Shown here piece after piece: positions 25,893 to 27,749 of a DNA stretch of 27,749 nt. Every line of letters begins with the position of its first letter. The stretch's first letter is position 1. The notes under the pieces were generated by a model that worked only from the letters and a program-made list of their open reading frames with translations, had not been told where the DNA came from and made no database searches. Both the position numbers and the translations under genes were made by a program. Origin of the DNA: a virus (Duplodnaviria; Caudoviricetes); IMG/VR virus record IMGVR_UViG_3300044608_002311, positions 1-27,749 of that record; one strand, given 5' to 3'.

Positions 25893-26563
25893 TGCCAGAC
25901 CTTCGAGGCCGCAAACGTTACGAGCAACGCATCCAAGAAGCCATGCAGGAAGTATTCGCAGAGGCCTTGAAGGTAGTCGATCAGGGCCTAGATGCCGTGA
26001 ATCGTGCAATAAAAGCAGCATTGCAAAAATACGTTGGGCCGATCATCGAGGAAGTGCATCGGCGGGTAATTATCGCTTTGCTGATCCTGTTTGGTGATGA
26101 TGATCTAGGCCGATCGGTGCTAGGCGATGCATCGAAGAAAAAAGGGCCTATCTATGATGACCTGATCGAGCAGGCGAAGCGCCGAGCATCAAAACAGGTT
26201 GACGACCTGGGCGAACAAATGAGCGACACCAATTCAAGTTGGTGGGACGAGTGGGACGAGGAAGAACCGATAGAAGATTGGGCCAGCGAACGATTGTTTC
26301 CGGACTCTCGCGCTGGCAACGTTGCCATCACAGAGACTACCAATGCAGTGACGATCGGCGAGGCAACCGTAGTAGAAACCATGCGGGAGCTTGGCGTTGG
26401 CGTTACGGCTCGTTGGTACACGAAGCGGGACGAAAGAGTATGCCCAGTGTGTGGGCCACTGCATGAGACGGGGCCAGCGAACTGGGCTGATGACTTCGCG
26501 ATGGGGCCACCTGCCCACCCTCGATGCCGATGCTACCTACTGTATTTTTTGGGTGAGCAATAG
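25892..26563 (+). CDS. MuF/SPP1 gp7-like minor head protein
   Basis: RA..IA.TET-like segment, DERVCPVC and PPAHPRCRC. Confidence 0.85.
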   Translation: MPDLRGRKRYEQRIQEAMQEVFAEALKVVDQGLDAVNRAIKAALQKYVGPIIEEVHRRVIIALLILFGDDDLGRSVLGDASKKKGPIYDDLIEQAKRRASKQVDDLGEQMSDTNSSWWDEWDEEEPIEDWASERLFPDSRAGNVAITETTNAVTIGEATVVETMRELGVGVTARWYTKRDERVCPVCGPLHETGPANWADDFAMGPPAHPRCRCYLLYFLGEQ

Positions 26564-26581
26564 CCAGTTAAGATTTCTCGC

Positions 26582-27691
26582 ATGAGCAAGTTCATTCGAG
26601 AATCTCAAAGCGGATACGAACGCATCGACAAGGATGCAGGGATCATCTACGGGGTGAAGGTCTTAGGGCCTCAGTCCCGTAATGGTCGCGTTTATGAGGC
26701 TGAGGCAATCGCCAACGCCTTACCGCTTTACGAAGGGGTCTCGGTGAATCTCAATCACCAACGTATCGAGCCGAAGTCTCAAGTACAGCAAGACCGACGG
26801 ATAGAGGATCGATGGGGCGTTCTCAAGAATGCACGCCTCAAGGATGGATCGATCTACGCCGACCTTCATTACCTCAAAACACATCCGACAACCCCGCAGC
26901 TTATCGAAGCAGCCGAGCGGTTTCCGGAAACGTTTGGCCTGTCCCACGATGCAGCTGGGGACGAGCAGGTAATCGACGGTAAGCGCCGGGTGTTCGAACT
27001 GCTTGACGTTCAGTCGGTCGATGTCGTTACAGATCCAGCAACCAACAACGGACTTTTCGAGAGCCAAGAGCGAGTCATGAAAAAGAAATTCAAAGCGATT
27101 GTCGAATCCTGTGAAGCCGAAATGCGTCCTCCGATGGAAGGCATGATGAAAGCCTATCCTGAGCTTCAGGAAATGGACGTTGAGTACGGCGACGACGAAG
27201 GTGACAACGGCATCGGGCAAGCCTTCAAAATGGCGATGATGAAGGTGCTCGACGATTCGACGCTCGATACCGCTGGCAAGTTGGCCAAGATTAAGGCGAT
27301 CATGATGGCCAAAGAACAGGCCGATGCTGCGATGGGCTCGGGCATGACCGAGGAAGAAATGGCCAAGAAGAAAGCCATGGAAGAATCAGAAAAACGCAAC
27401 GTTGCGAATCTCTGCGAATCGCTGACCAAGGAAGTAGAATCGCTCAAGAGCGAGCTTCAAAACAACAAGTGCAAAACGCTGCTTGTTGAATCGAACATCG
27501 AGCCAACGGCGCTGCGAATCAAGGCTCTGCTTCCGCTGAATCAAGCCGATCGAATTGAGCTTGCTAAGACCTGGAAGCCTGGCAACGTTGCCACCGGAAA
27601 GCGTCCAGAGCGTACCGGATCGGTGATGCACGAATCCGGCTCGGGAGCGTATCCCGCAGACTTCAAAGAATTTTCGAGGATGCTCGGCTAG
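26582..27691 (+). CDS. Prohead protease fused to scaffold
   Basis: SRNGRVY, NLNH, GLSH and SVDVVTDPA resemble T4 gp21/HK97-type head maturation proteases; acidic, Met-rich coiled-coil C-terminus. Confidence 0.8.
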   Translation: MSKFIRESQSGYERIDKDAGIIYGVKVLGPQSRNGRVYEAEAIANALPLYEGVSVNLNHQRIEPKSQVQQDRRIEDRWGVLKNARLKDGSIYADLHYLKTHPTTPQLIEAAERFPETFGLSHDAAGDEQVIDGKRRVFELLDVQSVDVVTDPATNNGLFESQERVMKKKFKAIVESCEAEMRPPMEGMMKAYPELQEMDVEYGDDEGDNGIGQAFKMAMMKVLDDSTLDTAGKLAKIKAIMMAKEQADAAMGSGMTEEEMAKKKAMEESEKRNVANLCESLTKEVESLKSELQNNKCKTLLVESNIEPTALRIKALLPLNQADRIELAKTWKPGNVATGKRPERTGSVMHESGSGAYPADFKEFSRMLG

Positions 27692-27737
27692 TTGCCCTGC
27701 TATCAGTTTCGGTTCGGTTACTCAACCTACTAAGAGG

Positions 27738-27749
27738 ATGATGAAAAAT
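27738..27749 (+). CDS. 5' end of the next gene (truncated; probably head decoration or capsid)
   Basis: AGAGG followed by ATGATG at the window edge; product inferred from position only. Confidence 0.3.

Larger units (their letters stand above)
3524..27593. repeat. Dispersed perfect 14-bp palindrome TGGCAACGTTGCCA (14 copies)
   Basis: Copies start at 3524, 8541, 9467, 9681, 9973, 14520, 15088, 18018, 20066, 20343, 23621, 23666, 26314 and 27580; one-mismatch copies at 7302, 15614 and 15716. Confidence 0.97.

Noticed and set aside
1496-27290. Weaker palindrome-like matches near 1496, 5055, 11826, 23988 and 27275
   Set aside because: Two or more mismatches; could be chance, so not counted.
3524-27593. 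Palindrome copies as a CRISPR array, REP elements or terminators
   Set aside because: No regular repeat-spacer period, no loop or T-tail, and most copies lie inside genes.
1-27749. Diversity-generating retroelement, retron or stop-codon recoding
   Set aside because: No reverse transcriptase or adenine-variant repeat pair seen; long genes are intact in the standard code with all three stops used.

Overview
A 27.7-kb segment of a tailed dsDNA (pro)phage, almost entirely coded on the + strand. In order it holds: a structured-RNA/tRNA-like cluster (68-437); a recombination/replication module (HNH, ERF annealase, ParB-like HTH protein, SF2 helicase, RusA-like resolvase, ECF-like sigma factor); a ParB-N/DNA methyltransferase fusion; the probable small terminase; and a large terminase split in its Walker A motif by a class 3 (WCT) LAGLIDADG intein. 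A ~7.8-kb block of small accessory genes then separates terL from the head genes: a 1246-aa portal fused to cargo domains including an ADP-ribosyltransferase-like domain, a MuF/gp7-like protein and a prohead protease-scaffold. The host is probably a planctomycete (inference from the RimI-like and GYF_2-like proteins and abundant CGATCG). The strongest unexplained signal is a perfect 14-bp palindrome, TGGCAACGTTGCCA, found 14 times plus 3 single-mismatch copies. It occurs in genes in two different reading frames and between genes, often beside a second A-tract motif, suggesting a genome-wide parS-like site network. The second is a portal polyprotein whose cargo modules are bounded by putative (L/I)-x-E prohead-protease sites. 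Family assignments come from motif recognition by eye, not database searches.
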